Shown one piece after another: positions 22,211 through 31,672 of a stretch of DNA of 64,000 nt. Origin of the DNA: Alphaproteobacteria bacterium (GTDB taxonomy: Bacteria > Pseudomonadota > Alphaproteobacteria > RF32 > CAG-239); the NCBI GenBank assembly GCA_015062285.1, contig SUUY01000002.1, positions 52,114 through 116,113 on the forward strand, written 5' to 3'. A model generated the notes under the pieces. The model made no database searches, was not told where the DNA came from, and saw only the letters and a list, made by a program, of their open reading frames with translations. Positions within the stretch are counted from its first letter, which is position 1. Every line of letters starts with the position of its first letter. Both the position numbers and the translations under genes were made by a program.

Positions 22211-23371
22211 ATGACTAAAAAACAAGCTTCCGAACCCGTTATTTTGCAAGTTTTGCCGGAATTGGAAATGGGAGGAGTTGAACTTGGAACAATAGAAATT
22301 GCTTCAGAACTGCAAAAACAAGGCATCAAAAACTTTGTGGCTTCTCAAGGCGGTCGTTTGGTAAATGATTTGAATAAGATGGGGGTACCTCACCTTACAT
22401 TACCTCTTAAAACTAAAAATATATTCAAAATGCGCAAAAATGCCGATGCTTTGGCAAAATTCATTAAGGAAAACGGCATTAATATCGTGCATGCTCGTTC
22501 CAGAGCTCCGGCTTGGAGTGCTTACTGGGCTGCAAAAAAAGCCGGTGTGCACTATATGACAACTTTTCATGGGACATATGGCTTGGGTCCTTGGGGTATC
22601 AAAAAAGTATATAACAAAATTATGACGTATGGAGAGCGTGTGATTGTGATTTCTAATCATATCAAAAATCATGTTCTTAAAAATTATGCTGCAGATGAAA
22701 ACAAGCTTCGTTTAGTGCATCGTTGTGTCGATGTAGAAAAATTTAATCCTGACCTGGTATCACAGCAACGAGTTATAAAGGCAACAAATGAATATAACAT
22801 TCCGGAAGACAAACCTGTTATAACTCTAATCGGACGTGTAACACGTTGGAAAGGACAACACTTGTTGGTAGAAGCATTGTCTAAAATGAAAAATAAAAAT
22901 TATTACTGTGTTATTGCCGGTGATGATCAAGGGCGTGTAAACTATGTTAAGGAAATTAGGGATTTGGCTCAAAAATATAGATTAAAAAACAGAATAGGTT
23001 TTTATGGAAAGGTACTGGATCCGCAAGCTTTGATGCAAGTTTCTAATGTGATTCTTTCAACTGCTATTGAGCCGGAAGCTTTTGGCAGAATATCTGTTGA
23101 AGGACAAGCAATGGGAAAAATTGTTGTTGCCTCTAACATCGGGGGCTCACTTGATACCATTAAAGATGGTGTTAATGGAAAGCTTTTTGATAGCGGAAAT
23201 CCCTATTCTTTGGCCGCTGCTCTGGATTGGGCATTAACCTTAAACGAAGAAGAAAAGCAAAAAATTGCAAAAGCAGCACAAAAAAACGCAAAAGATAACT
23301 TCACAAAACAAATTATGTGTGATAAGACTATTGCGGTCTACCGTGAATTAGCGGCGGAAAAATTAAAATAA
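22211..23371 (+). CDS. Glycosyltransferase family 4
   Basis: LQVLPEL..GGVE.GT, HARSRAPAWSA, GRVTRWKGQ, EPEAFGR..VEGQAMG. Confidence 0.92.
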   Translation: MTKKQASEPVILQVLPELEMGGVELGTIEIASELQKQGIKNFVASQGGRLVNDLNKMGVPHLTLPLKTKNIFKMRKNADALAKFIKENGINIVHARSRAPAWSAYWAAKKAGVHYMTTFHGTYGLGPWGIKKVYNKIMTYGERVIVISNHIKNHVLKNYAADENKLRLVHRCVDVEKFNPDLVSQQRVIKATNEYNIPEDKPVITLIGRVTRWKGQHLLVEALSKMKNKNYYCVIAGDDQGRVNYVKEIRDLAQKYRLKNRIGFYGKVLDPQALMQVSNVILSTAIEPEAFGRISVEGQAMGKIVVASNIGGSLDTIKDGVNGKLFDSGNPYSLAAALDWALTLNEEEKQKIAKAAQKNAKDNFTKQIMCDKTIAVYRELAAEKLK

Positions 23372-23396
23372 TACAATAATAAAAAGGATATTTAAT

Positions 23397-25322
23397 ATGG
23401 TTGCGATTAAATTGCCTGATGGCAGTGTGATGGAAATGGAGAGCGGTGTCTGCGGTTTAGACATTGCAAATAAGATTAGTGCCGGCTTGGCTAAAGCCGC
23501 TTTGGCTGTTAAAGTAAATGAGACATTAATGGATTTGACTACCCCCATCACTACCGACGCAACCGTGACTATTATCACCGGTAAAGATGCCGAAGGGTTA
23601 CATATAATCCGCCACTCATGTTCTCATATTATGGCTGAAGCTGTTAAAGAGCTATGGCCTAATGTGCAGGTCACAATCGGCCCTGCTATTGATAATGGTT
23701 TTTATTATGACTTTGCTCGCAAAGAACCTTTTACAACAGAAGACTTTGCTAAAATTGAAGCAAAAATGCACGAAATCGTAAAACGTGATGAAAAAGTTAC
23801 TCGCAAGGTTATGCCTCGCGCAGAAGCAATTAAGTTCTTCAAAGATATGGGCGAAAACTACAAAGCTGAAATTATTGAGGATTTACCGGAAAGCGAAACA
23901 ATTTCACTTTACACCCAAGGTAATTTTACTGATTTGTGTCGTGGTCCTCATGTTCCTTCAACCGGAAAAGTAGGCGATGCTTTTAAGTTGATGAAAGTTG
24001 CCGGAGCTTATTGGCGTGGAGATTCAACAAAAGAAATGTTGCAAAGAATTTATGCTACTGCTTGGGCAAACAAGAAAGATTTAGACGCATATCTGCAAAT
24101 GTTGGAAGAAGCAGCTAAAAGAGACCACCGCAAACTTGGAAGAGAAATGGACTTGTTCCATTTTGAACCGGAATATGCTCCCGGTGCAGTATTTTGGCAC
24201 GATAAGGGGTATAAAGTTTATCGCAGACTCATTGAATATATGCGTAAACGTCAAGAAAATAACGGTTATGTAGAAATTTGCACTCCGCAAGTTATGGATA
24301 GATGCTTGTGGGAAACTTCAGGTCACTGGGAAAAATATGGAGCTCATAACTATTCCGGTCAAACCGAAGATAATAAGTGGTTTTGCATAAAGCCAATGAA
24401 CTGCCCCGGTGGTTTGTTGGTATATAAACAAGGAATCCGTTCATATCGTGATCTTCCTTTACGAATGGCTGAATTTGGTAAAGTTAACCGTTATGAAGCT
24501 TCAGGATCATTGATGGGATTGATGCGTGTGCGTGAATTTACTCAAGATGATGCTCATATCTTCTGCACACCGGAACAAATGGAAGATGAATGTATCACGA
24601 CTTTGAAGCTGATTTTGGATATTTATAAGGACTTTGGATTTGATACTATCAAAATTTATCTTTCAACTCGTCCGGAAAAGAGAATCGGCTCTGATGAAAT
24701 TTGGGACTTGTGTGAAAAATCTTTGGCTAATGCCCTGACCAATCATGGTTATGAATTTGAAATCAATGAGGGTGAAGGTGCTTTCTATGGTCCGAAATTA
24801 GAGTTCATATTAAAAGATGCAATCGGTCGTGAATGGCAATGCGGAACAATTCAGGTTGATATGAACCTCCCTCAACGCTTTGACATCAGCTATATTGGTG
24901 AAGACGGCGAAAAACACCAACCGGTAATGTTGCACCGTGCTTTGTTTGGGTCAATTGAACGTTTCTTGGGGATATTGATTGAACACCATGCCGGAAAATT
25001 GCCATTGTGGTTATCGCCCGAACAAGTTGTGGTAGCTCCGATTGTTAGCGAATTTAATGACTATGCCGAAGAAGTGGCTGCCAAATTACGTGCGGCAGGA
25101 ATCTATGCCAAAACCGATTTACGTAATGAAAAAATTAACTACAAAGTACGTGAACACTCTGTAAGTAAGATTCCGGTGATTGCTGTTGTTGGAGCAAAAG
25201 AAAAAGAAAATCGCACTGTTACATTGCGTCGTTTAGGATCTGAAAAACAAGAATTAATGAAACTTGATGACTTTATAACCGCAATGGTACAGGAATCGCA
25301 AATGCCGAGTATCAGTCATTAG
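23397..25322 (+). CDS. thrS: Threonine--tRNA ligase
   Basis: TGS domain, RHSCSH, DLCRGPH, RDHRKLG, KPMNCP, RVREFTQDDAH, HRALFGS.ERF. Confidence 0.98.
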   Translation: MVAIKLPDGSVMEMESGVCGLDIANKISAGLAKAALAVKVNETLMDLTTPITTDATVTIITGKDAEGLHIIRHSCSHIMAEAVKELWPNVQVTIGPAIDNGFYYDFARKEPFTTEDFAKIEAKMHEIVKRDEKVTRKVMPRAEAIKFFKDMGENYKAEIIEDLPESETISLYTQGNFTDLCRGPHVPSTGKVGDAFKLMKVAGAYWRGDSTKEMLQRIYATAWANKKDLDAYLQMLEEAAKRDHRKLGREMDLFHFEPEYAPGAVFWHDKGYKVYRRLIEYMRKRQENNGYVEICTPQVMDRCLWETSGHWEKYGAHNYSGQTEDNKWFCIKPMNCPGGLLVYKQGIRSYRDLPLRMAEFGKVNRYEASGSLMGLMRVREFTQDDAHIFCTPEQMEDECITTLKLILDIYKDFGFDTIKIYLSTRPEKRIGSDEIWDLCEKSLANALTNHGYEFEINEGEGAFYGPKLEFILKDAIGREWQCGTIQVDMNLPQRFDISYIGEDGEKHQPVMLHRALFGSIERFLGILIEHHAGKLPLWLSPEQVVVAPIVSEFNDYAEEVAAKLRAAGIYAKTDLRNEKINYKVREHSVSKIPVIAVVGAKEKENRTVTLRRLGSEKQELMKLDDFITAMVQESQMPSISH

Positions 25323-25342
25323 GCGTAAGTCATTAGTGAATA

Positions 25343-25368
25343 GAGGGGGCGATTGCCCCCCTTTTTTT
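25343..25368 (+). terminator. Intrinsic terminator after thrS
   Basis: agggggc-gatt-gccccccttttttt. Confidence 0.85.
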
Positions 25369-25385
25369 GATTATACAAAATATTC

Positions 25386-25413
25386 TTGCTTTATATTTGT
25401 TTTTTGCTAAAGT
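25386..25413 (+). promoter_or_regulatory. Putative sigma70 promoter for the structured leader
   Basis: TTGCTT-16 bp-TAAAGT with an extended -10 TGn. Confidence 0.45.
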
Positions 25414-25419
25414 TATCGT

Positions 25420-25657
25420 GTACCTTAGATGGTACGGAGCTGTCGAAAGCTCTTATTGCACACGGTGTTAGGATATAACATCGACATATTGTTATCTGCA
25501 ATTATAGATGACAATAAATATATCCCCGATTCATAGCAATATGGTCGGGGAGCTTTTAGCGTATGTTCAGAGGTTATTCTCAAAGGCTAAAAGAGTCATT
25601 TTGTGCAATATGATTTTCGAACTCTCCGACCACCTTAAGTTTTTAAGGTGGTTTTTT
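25420..25657 (+). ncRNA. Highly structured leader / c4-antisense-like RNA ending in an intrinsic terminator
   Basis: Several hairpins plus long-range pairs (tattgcaca 25454-62 with tgtgcaata 25602-10; tcgaaa with tttcga; ggtcggggag 25543-52 with ctctccgacc 25622-31); terminator accaccttaa/ttaaggtggt plus T-run. Confidence 0.6.
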
Positions 25658-25682
25658 ATAATAACTTAAGGAGAAAGAAATC

Positions 25683-26090
25683 ATGACTAAATTTTATATA
25701 TTAATACTTGCTTGCTTAATTTCAGCGTGCACCACATTAACCCGCCAAGAGCAAAACGAATTAAGAAATCTTAAAGCTCAAGGAATAACCATTGATAAAC
25801 CTGTTGGATCATACGAAAAACCGGCAAGTCCTGGTTTTGCAGGAGCCTTAAACCTACTCCCCGGTATCGGAAACTTTTATTTAGCCAGCGGAAATGCTGC
25901 TGATAGTTCCCAATGGTTATACGGAACCCTAAATTTATTAACTTGGCCGATCTCTATATTATGGGGTGTTCCTGAAGCGGCCATTGATGCTAATCGCATA
26001 AATGAGAGAGAATTAATTTATTATTATCAGTATGATAAACTAGGACAAAAAGAACTTGAAAAACATGGAGCATCATTGATCAAAAACTAA
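25683..26090 (+). CDS. Hypothetical lipoprotein with TM2-like hydrophobic hairpin
   Basis: Lipobox LISAC; SPGFAGALNLLPGIGNFYL...LLTWPISILWG; RBS aaggag. Confidence 0.75.
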   Translation: MTKFYILILACLISACTTLTRQEQNELRNLKAQGITIDKPVGSYEKPASPGFAGALNLLPGIGNFYLASGNAADSSQWLYGTLNLLTWPISILWGVPEAAIDANRINERELIYYYQYDKLGQKELEKHGASLIKN

Positions 26091-26328
26091 AAAACGGGCG
26101 GAAAAAACTCCGCCCTTATTATAATTCAGACATAAATACTTTTATCATAATTTCAAATATATATTTTTACACACCATATTTTACGGTTAGCTCCGCTAAT
26201 ACATTGATTCCATCAATAGTATCTTTATGGAAACTATGGTGCAAAAAGGTGCTTACTTTACAAATCTCAATATAAGTTATAGCAATATACTATAATCAAA
26301 AAATATTAACATAAATAGGACTTTTATC

Positions 26329-27591
26329 ATGAAAAAATTACTTGCTACAACTGCTTTGTGTGCTGTTTGTGTTTGGAGTGCGCAAGCCAATGCATCAGGA
26401 TATCAACTCAATGAATATTCAATTACCAATTTAGGACGCTCTTTTGCCGGTGCCGGCGTGGTTGGTGATGATTATTCGGCCATTGCTTATAACCCTGCCG
26501 GTATGACATTGAAGAAAACCGGTGCGCAGTTGAGTATGACTGTTGCCGAGGTGGCTTCGGAAATGAAAGGGCAAAACAATAAAGCCGGCCAACAAACTGA
26601 GATGGACTTTGGAGTACCTCTGCCGGCAGCATATGGACAATATCAAATCAATGATAAATGGTTTGTCGGTGCCGGTATCTATGCTCCTTACGGCTTGGCT
26701 ACAAAATATAAAAATGACAGTTATATTTCCGATAAGGCTATGAAGTCAATCTTAGAGGTGGTTGATTATAATGTATCTGCAGCATATAAACTAAACTCAA
26801 AATGGTCTTTTGGTGCAAGCTTTATAGCTCGCTATATTTATGGCAAGATGACAAATAATATTAACGGAGCTGCTTTCGAAGCTGGCAATACCAATATTGG
26901 TCGCAGTAAATTTGAGCTTGACGGTTGGACATATACCGGAACGTTGGGTGTTATGTATGAACATAGCGAAAACACTCGCTTTGGTTTATCATATAAACCA
27001 AAATCAGTACAAAGAGTAAAAGGTGATCACACTGTTTCATTAAACTCTCCTTATAGTATGCACCCCGTTTTAGGTGCTTATGCTGGTGTTTATCCTGATG
27101 GAAAAGCATCTCCTGATTTGCCGGAAACCGTTTTATTATCTGCATATCACAAACCATTTGAAAAAGTTGCATTTACCGGTTCAGTACGTTTTACTCGTTG
27201 GGGTGATTCCTTTAAGGATTTTGATATGACATCTAGCTTCACCAAAGGATTGAGATTAAAACCGGTTGATTATTCTTGGCAAGATACATGGACAATTTCT
27301 GCAGGTACTGAATATTACCTAAATGATAATTGGACATTGCGTTTTGGTACGGCGTGGGATCAATCACCTACTCCGGATAATGAACATCGTACGCATCGTA
27401 TTCCGGATTCAGACAGAATTTGGGCATCTGCCGGTGTGAGCTATCGTTATGAGAATATGCAATTTGATTTAGGATATGCTCATCTGTTTATGAAAAAATC
27501 GCATATTAGAAATAGTGTAAACGGAGATTATGACACCAAATATCGTGCTTATAGCAATATGTTTGGTTTAGGTTTCCAATACGACTTTTAA
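26329..27591 (+). CDS. fadL: OmpP1/FadL family outer-membrane transporter
   Basis: ASGYQLNEYS..LGRSFAG, YNPAGM, YAPYGLAT, RIPDSDRIW.S.G, C-terminal Y.F. Confidence 0.9.
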   Translation: MKKLLATTALCAVCVWSAQANASGYQLNEYSITNLGRSFAGAGVVGDDYSAIAYNPAGMTLKKTGAQLSMTVAEVASEMKGQNNKAGQQTEMDFGVPLPAAYGQYQINDKWFVGAGIYAPYGLATKYKNDSYISDKAMKSILEVVDYNVSAAYKLNSKWSFGASFIARYIYGKMTNNINGAAFEAGNTNIGRSKFELDGWTYTGTLGVMYEHSENTRFGLSYKPKSVQRVKGDHTVSLNSPYSMHPVLGAYAGVYPDGKASPDLPETVLLSAYHKPFEKVAFTGSVRFTRWGDSFKDFDMTSSFTKGLRLKPVDYSWQDTWTISAGTEYYLNDNWTLRFGTAWDQSPTPDNEHRTHRIPDSDRIWASAGVSYRYENMQFDLGYAHLFMKKSHIRNSVNGDYDTKYRAYSNMFGLGFQYDF

Positions 27592-27620
27592 GAAACCAAT
27601 ACCGTATATTAGACAACAAT

Positions 27621-27652
27621 ACAGCCGCCCATTCGGGCGGTTGTCTTGTTTT
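27621..27652 (+). terminator. Intrinsic terminator after fadL
   Basis: acagccgccc-attc-gggcggttgt then T-rich tail. Confidence 0.8.
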
Positions 27653-27697
27653 GATTGGCAGAAAAATAAAAAATTTAATCACAATGCAATTTTTAGC

Positions 27698-27726
27698 TGG
27701 ACATATAAAAAATTATCAGCTATAAA
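27698..27726 (+). promoter_or_regulatory. sigma70 promoter of tRNA-Phe
   Basis: TGGACA-17 bp-TATAAA just upstream of the tRNA. Confidence 0.6.
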
Positions 27727-27743
27727 CCTTTTCGATGGTTGAT

Positions 27744-27819
<76 letters not shown>

Positions 27820-27823
27820 TTTC

Positions 27824-27848
27824 AAACCCTAGGGAAACCTAGGGTTTT
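27824..27848 (+). terminator. Terminator after tRNA-Phe
   Basis: aaaccctagg-gaaa-cctagggtttt. Confidence 0.8.
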
Positions 27849-27967
27849 GTTGTATCTGAGCATTTTATTTTTTCACTCTCTGATTTTACCGGTAAGCAAA
27901 TAGTAAGCACAAACACTGTAATCTACTGTAAACAGTTATAATAATTTGTTAGTTTTTTGTAAAGTAT

Positions 27968-28015
27968 AAAGAAGCTGTTTATGGAGCCTACAAAACTCAA
28001 ATAAACAGCTTCTTT
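27968..28015. terminator. 15-bp inverted repeat, probable terminator of ORF 28024-28392
   Basis: aaagaagctgtttat ... ataaacagcttcttt. Confidence 0.6.
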
Positions 28016-28023
28016 CGTCATTA

Positions 28024-28392
28024 TCATATAGAAAAACAAACAACTCTTTCATCTTTGTTAAGATAAAAGACATTATCTGCGACTCTTTTGATAAAATCCT
28101 CATCTGTTTCAAATTTTTGTTTGTAATCGTCAAAATCTCCCCAATCTCCATTGATTATTGCATTATCGGCTACAATATCAGGTCGATTGTTGCCATAAAC
28201 TCCCATATCTTTTATGCATTCGCAGAAATATTCCCATAAACAATCAGGAATATGCCAATTATAATGATTTTCTACAAAATTTCGGCGGTTATCGAGTAAA
28301 TATATGTAATCTTCAATATCCATCTCTATTTTGATAGTGTTTGGTTGGTATAAATCACTACTGAAACATCTGTTTGTATTATATTCTGTCAT
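28024..28392 (-). CDS. Hypothetical acidic protein (mobile-element-like)
   Basis: 122-aa ORF with RBS aagga, own downstream hairpin, D/E- and aromatic-rich; no family recognised. Confidence 0.65.
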   Translation of the reverse strand: MTEYNTNRCFSSDLYQPNTIKIEMDIEDYIYLLDNRRNFVENHYNWHIPDCLWEYFCECIKDMGVYGNNRPDIVADNAIINGDWGDFDDYKQKFETDEDFIKRVADNVFYLNKDERVVCFSI

Positions 28393-28758
28393 GATTTTAA
28401 TCCTTGAGAATAACAGTTAATCCATGACATTTCCTTATAGAAATATCACAAATCACTTAAAAAATCCGCAAGGCAGACGATTTTTGCAGAACAATAATAA
28501 CACTTAACACAGGTAATATATTGATTTTACACAACATTCTAAAAATGATGTGTTATTATTTATGCAAACATATATATTTACTGAAAATTTATAGCATATC
28601 TGCTGTTCCGGTTAGCTTTATTCATATAAAAACATGTAACGATAACTATCCTAAAATAATAGTAATACTCCCCCCACTATTTCCCAAAACGGGGGTTAAT
28701 CTGCTTTAATAACCTTATATGACATCAATCACGCATTTTTTTTCGCATATATAATACT

Positions 28759-28792
28759 TGTCCACTTACTTATATATGAAAGTAAGTGGACA
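28759..28792. repeat. Perfect 13-8-13 palindrome upstream of hsdR
   Basis: TGTCCACTTACTT-ATATATGA-AAGTAAGTGGACA; related to 37175-37211. Confidence 0.9.
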
Positions 28793-28932
28793 GAGGTATA
28801 ATAGCTTCTGCTCCTTTTAGAATAAATATAAAATTGAAAGTGTATTTTACCCAACTTGTTAGAAGATTCAGCTTGATTTTCAAAGAATTGAGTATAAAAT
28901 TGCTGCCATATTGTAACTTTTGGAACTTTCAA

Positions 28933-31653
28933 ATGACCTCAACGCCTGAAGAAAAAGCAAGAAAAATTATAGACGAACAACTAATCAATGCTGGCTGGAT
29001 TATTCAAGACCGAAATGATTTTGATCGCACAGCTGGTATCGGAGTTGCTGTGCGTGAATTTTTGATGGATGACAATACCGAAGCCGACTATCTTTTGTTT
29101 GTTGATGGTAAAGCTTGCGGTATCATTGAAGCTAAAAAAGCCGGAGTTGCCCTTAGTGGTGTTGAAAATCAATCCCATGGTTATGCTTGCCATTTACCAG
29201 AATATGTAAAAAACTGGCTGATGCCACTTCCCTTTGTTTATGAAAGTACCGGTGATGAAACATTTTTCTGTGACGGACGCGATAAAATTTGCCGTTCTCG
29301 TCGCATTTTTGCTTTTCACTCCCCACAATCATTATATGAAATGTTGCAAGATAATGGTACTTTGCGCAATCGCTTACAAAATATGCCTGTATTAGAAAAA
29401 GGCTGCTTGCGTGACTGTCAATTTGAAGCAATTCAAGGTTTAGAAACTTCTTTAGCTCAAAATAATAAAAAAGCTCTTATTCAAATGGCTACAGGAGCAG
29501 GTAAAACCTTCACAGCTTGCAATTTTTCATATCGTTTGCTCAAATACGCAGGCGCAAAACGTATTTTATTTCTTGTTGACCGCAATAATCTTGGAAAACA
29601 AACAAAAAAAGAATTTGAAAATTTTCGCCTTCCTGATGAAAATCGTTTATTTCCGGAAGTTTATATTGCTCAACACCTCCAACAAAACCAAGTTGATAAA
29701 GACGCTAAGATTGTTATTACAACTATCCAACGTCTTTACTCCATGCTTAAAGGTGATGAAACTTATGATGAAGCCGATGAAGAAGTTTCTGCATATGAAT
29801 TAGGTTCATTAGGCAAACCTAAAGAGATTGCTTATAACCCTAAAGTAACTCCGGATTTCTTTGATTTTATCATAACTGATGAGTGTCACCGTAGTATTTA
29901 TGGTGATTGGCGCCAAGTTTTGGAGTATTTTGATGCATTTATTATCGGTTTAACTGCCACACCGTCAAAACAAACTTTTGGTTATTTTAATCGCAATATT
30001 GTGGCTGAATATCCTTATGAACGCTCGGTCGCCGACGGTGTTAATGTAGATTATCAAGTTTTGCGTATCAAAACAGCCATTAGTGAAAACGGTGGTAAAT
30101 TGGATAAAGATTTCCCTGTTCCTGTCCGTGATAAGAAAACTCGCAAAATCACTTATGAGCAGTTGGATGAGGATTTAGAATACAGCAAAAATGACTTGGA
30201 TCGCTCGGTTTTAGCAAAAAATCAAATCCGCACAATTATTGAATGCTATAAAAACTCGCTTTATACCGATTTGTTTCCCAATCGTGAACCAAATTTTGCG
30301 TGGACACCAAAAACGCTTATTTTTGCCAAAGATGACCATCATGCTGAAGAGATTGTCCGCATTGTTCGCGAAGTCTTTAACCAAGGTAACGATTTTTGCA
30401 AAAAAATCACTTATAATATTACCGGAGAAAAACCTGAGGAGCTGATTAAGCAGTTTAGAATTTCTCCGCAACCGCGTATTGCTGTTACCGTTGATATGAT
30501 TGCCACCGGAACGGATATTAAACCTTTGGAAGTTGTCATGTTTTTGCGAGATGTCCGTTCTTCGCTGTATTATGAGCAAATGAAAGGTCGAGGCGTTCGC
30601 TCGATTAATGAAACTGATCTCAAACAAGTTACACCAAATGCTGAAGGCAAAGGTTTCTTTTATCTGATTGATGCGGTCGGTGTAACCGAAAGTAAAAAAA
30701 CGGCTGCTCAACCTTTGGAGCGTAAACGTTCGGTTCCGTTGAAGAAAATGCTTGAACAAATTGCCCAAGGCAAAACAGATGATGATACTTTGAGCTCTGT
30801 TGCCAGTCGACTGGTTAATATTGAACGCAAGCTAAACGAAGCAGAAAAGCATAAAATTAAAGAATCAGCTGGTGGTTTATCTCTTCACGAGATTTCAGGG
30901 CAATTACTTAATGCGATTGATCCGGACAAACAAGAAGGAAAATCAGCTTCCGAAATTGAACAGATTAAAGAAAATGCTGTTAAACCTTTCAACAAACCGA
31001 GTTTTCGCAACATTTTAATGGATATGAGCGCTAAGACTGGCATTTATATTGATGAATTATCGCAAGATGAAGTAATTTCTGCAGATATCAATAGCGAAAA
31101 AGCTCATCATGTGGTTGAATCATTCAAAGAATTTATTGAAACCAACAAAGATGAAATTGATGCACTTTCTATCATTTACAACACGCAATATAGCAAACGA
31201 AAGTTGACTTATCAAAATATCCATGAGCTGGCAGATAAAATGCGTGAGGCACGACCACCGCTTGCTCCGATTGAAATTTGGCGAGCATTTGAACAGTTAG
31301 AAAAAGATAAGGTTCAGCATGTTAAAGATCCATCACGTTTATTGACTAATTTGGTGCAACTGGTGCGTTTTGCTATCGGTCAAGATGATCGGTTAGAAGA
31401 ATTTGATAAAGTCGCCAACCAACGTTTTAACCTTTGGAAAGGTCGCCAGCTCAAAAAAGGCATAACCTTTACCGATGAACAAAACGAGTGGCTGGAAAGA
31501 ATCAAAGACTACATTGTTGCCAATGTCAGTATGGATAAAGACGATATTCAAGAAGCTATGGACGATAAAGGGGGCATCCTCCGAGCTCGCGCCATTTTCG
31601 GATCCAATCTTGAACCTTTGTTAGCTGATTTAAGCTTGAGTCTGGTGGCATAA
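28933..31653 (+). CDS. hsdR: Type I restriction enzyme R subunit (EcoKI/EcoAI-like, EcoEI-type C-terminal domain)
   Basis: TPEEKAR.IID.QL..AGW, ADY.L...IIEAKK (PD-ExK), MATGAGKT, DECHRS, GLTATP, YEQMKGRG; start moved to ATG 28933. Confidence 0.95.
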   Translation: MTSTPEEKARKIIDEQLINAGWIIQDRNDFDRTAGIGVAVREFLMDDNTEADYLLFVDGKACGIIEAKKAGVALSGVENQSHGYACHLPEYVKNWLMPLPFVYESTGDETFFCDGRDKICRSRRIFAFHSPQSLYEMLQDNGTLRNRLQNMPVLEKGCLRDCQFEAIQGLETSLAQNNKKALIQMATGAGKTFTACNFSYRLLKYAGAKRILFLVDRNNLGKQTKKEFENFRLPDENRLFPEVYIAQHLQQNQVDKDAKIVITTIQRLYSMLKGDETYDEADEEVSAYELGSLGKPKEIAYNPKVTPDFFDFIITDECHRSIYGDWRQVLEYFDAFIIGLTATPSKQTFGYFNRNIVAEYPYERSVADGVNVDYQVLRIKTAISENGGKLDKDFPVPVRDKKTRKITYEQLDEDLEYSKNDLDRSVLAKNQIRTIIECYKNSLYTDLFPNREPNFAWTPKTLIFAKDDHHAEEIVRIVREVFNQGNDFCKKITYNITGEKPEELIKQFRISPQPRIAVTVDMIATGTDIKPLEVVMFLRDVRSSLYYEQMKGRGVRSINETDLKQVTPNAEGKGFFYLIDAVGVTESKKTAAQPLERKRSVPLKKMLEQIAQGKTDDDTLSSVASRLVNIERKLNEAEKHKIKESAGGLSLHEISGQLLNAIDPDKQEGKSASEIEQIKENAVKPFNKPSFRNILMDMSAKTGIYIDELSQDEVISADINSEKAHHVVESFKEFIETNKDEIDALSIIYNTQYSKRKLTYQNIHELADKMREARPPLAPIEIWRAFEQLEKDKVQHVKDPSRLLTNLVQLVRFAIGQDDRLEEFDKVANQRFNLWKGRQLKKGITFTDEQNEWLERIKDYIVANVSMDKDDIQEAMDDKGGILRARAIFGSNLEPLLADLSLSLVA

Positions 31654-31672
31654 AGGATAAGGAGTAGAGAAG

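Noticed and set aside
27936-28151. ORF next to tRNA-Phe as an integrase remnant
   Set aside because: No R-H-R-H-Y tyrosine recombinase motifs; overlaps the better 28024-28392 ORF and its terminator
28740-28767. TTTTCGCATAT-ATAATA-CTTGTCC... as a pdif site
   Set aside because: Only a XerC-like half is present; no TTATG XerD arm
28786-28932. 49-aa N-terminal extension of HsdR in the ORF track
   Set aside because: Starts at a GTG inside the palindrome; family-typical sequence begins at ATG 28933 (MTSTPEEKAR)
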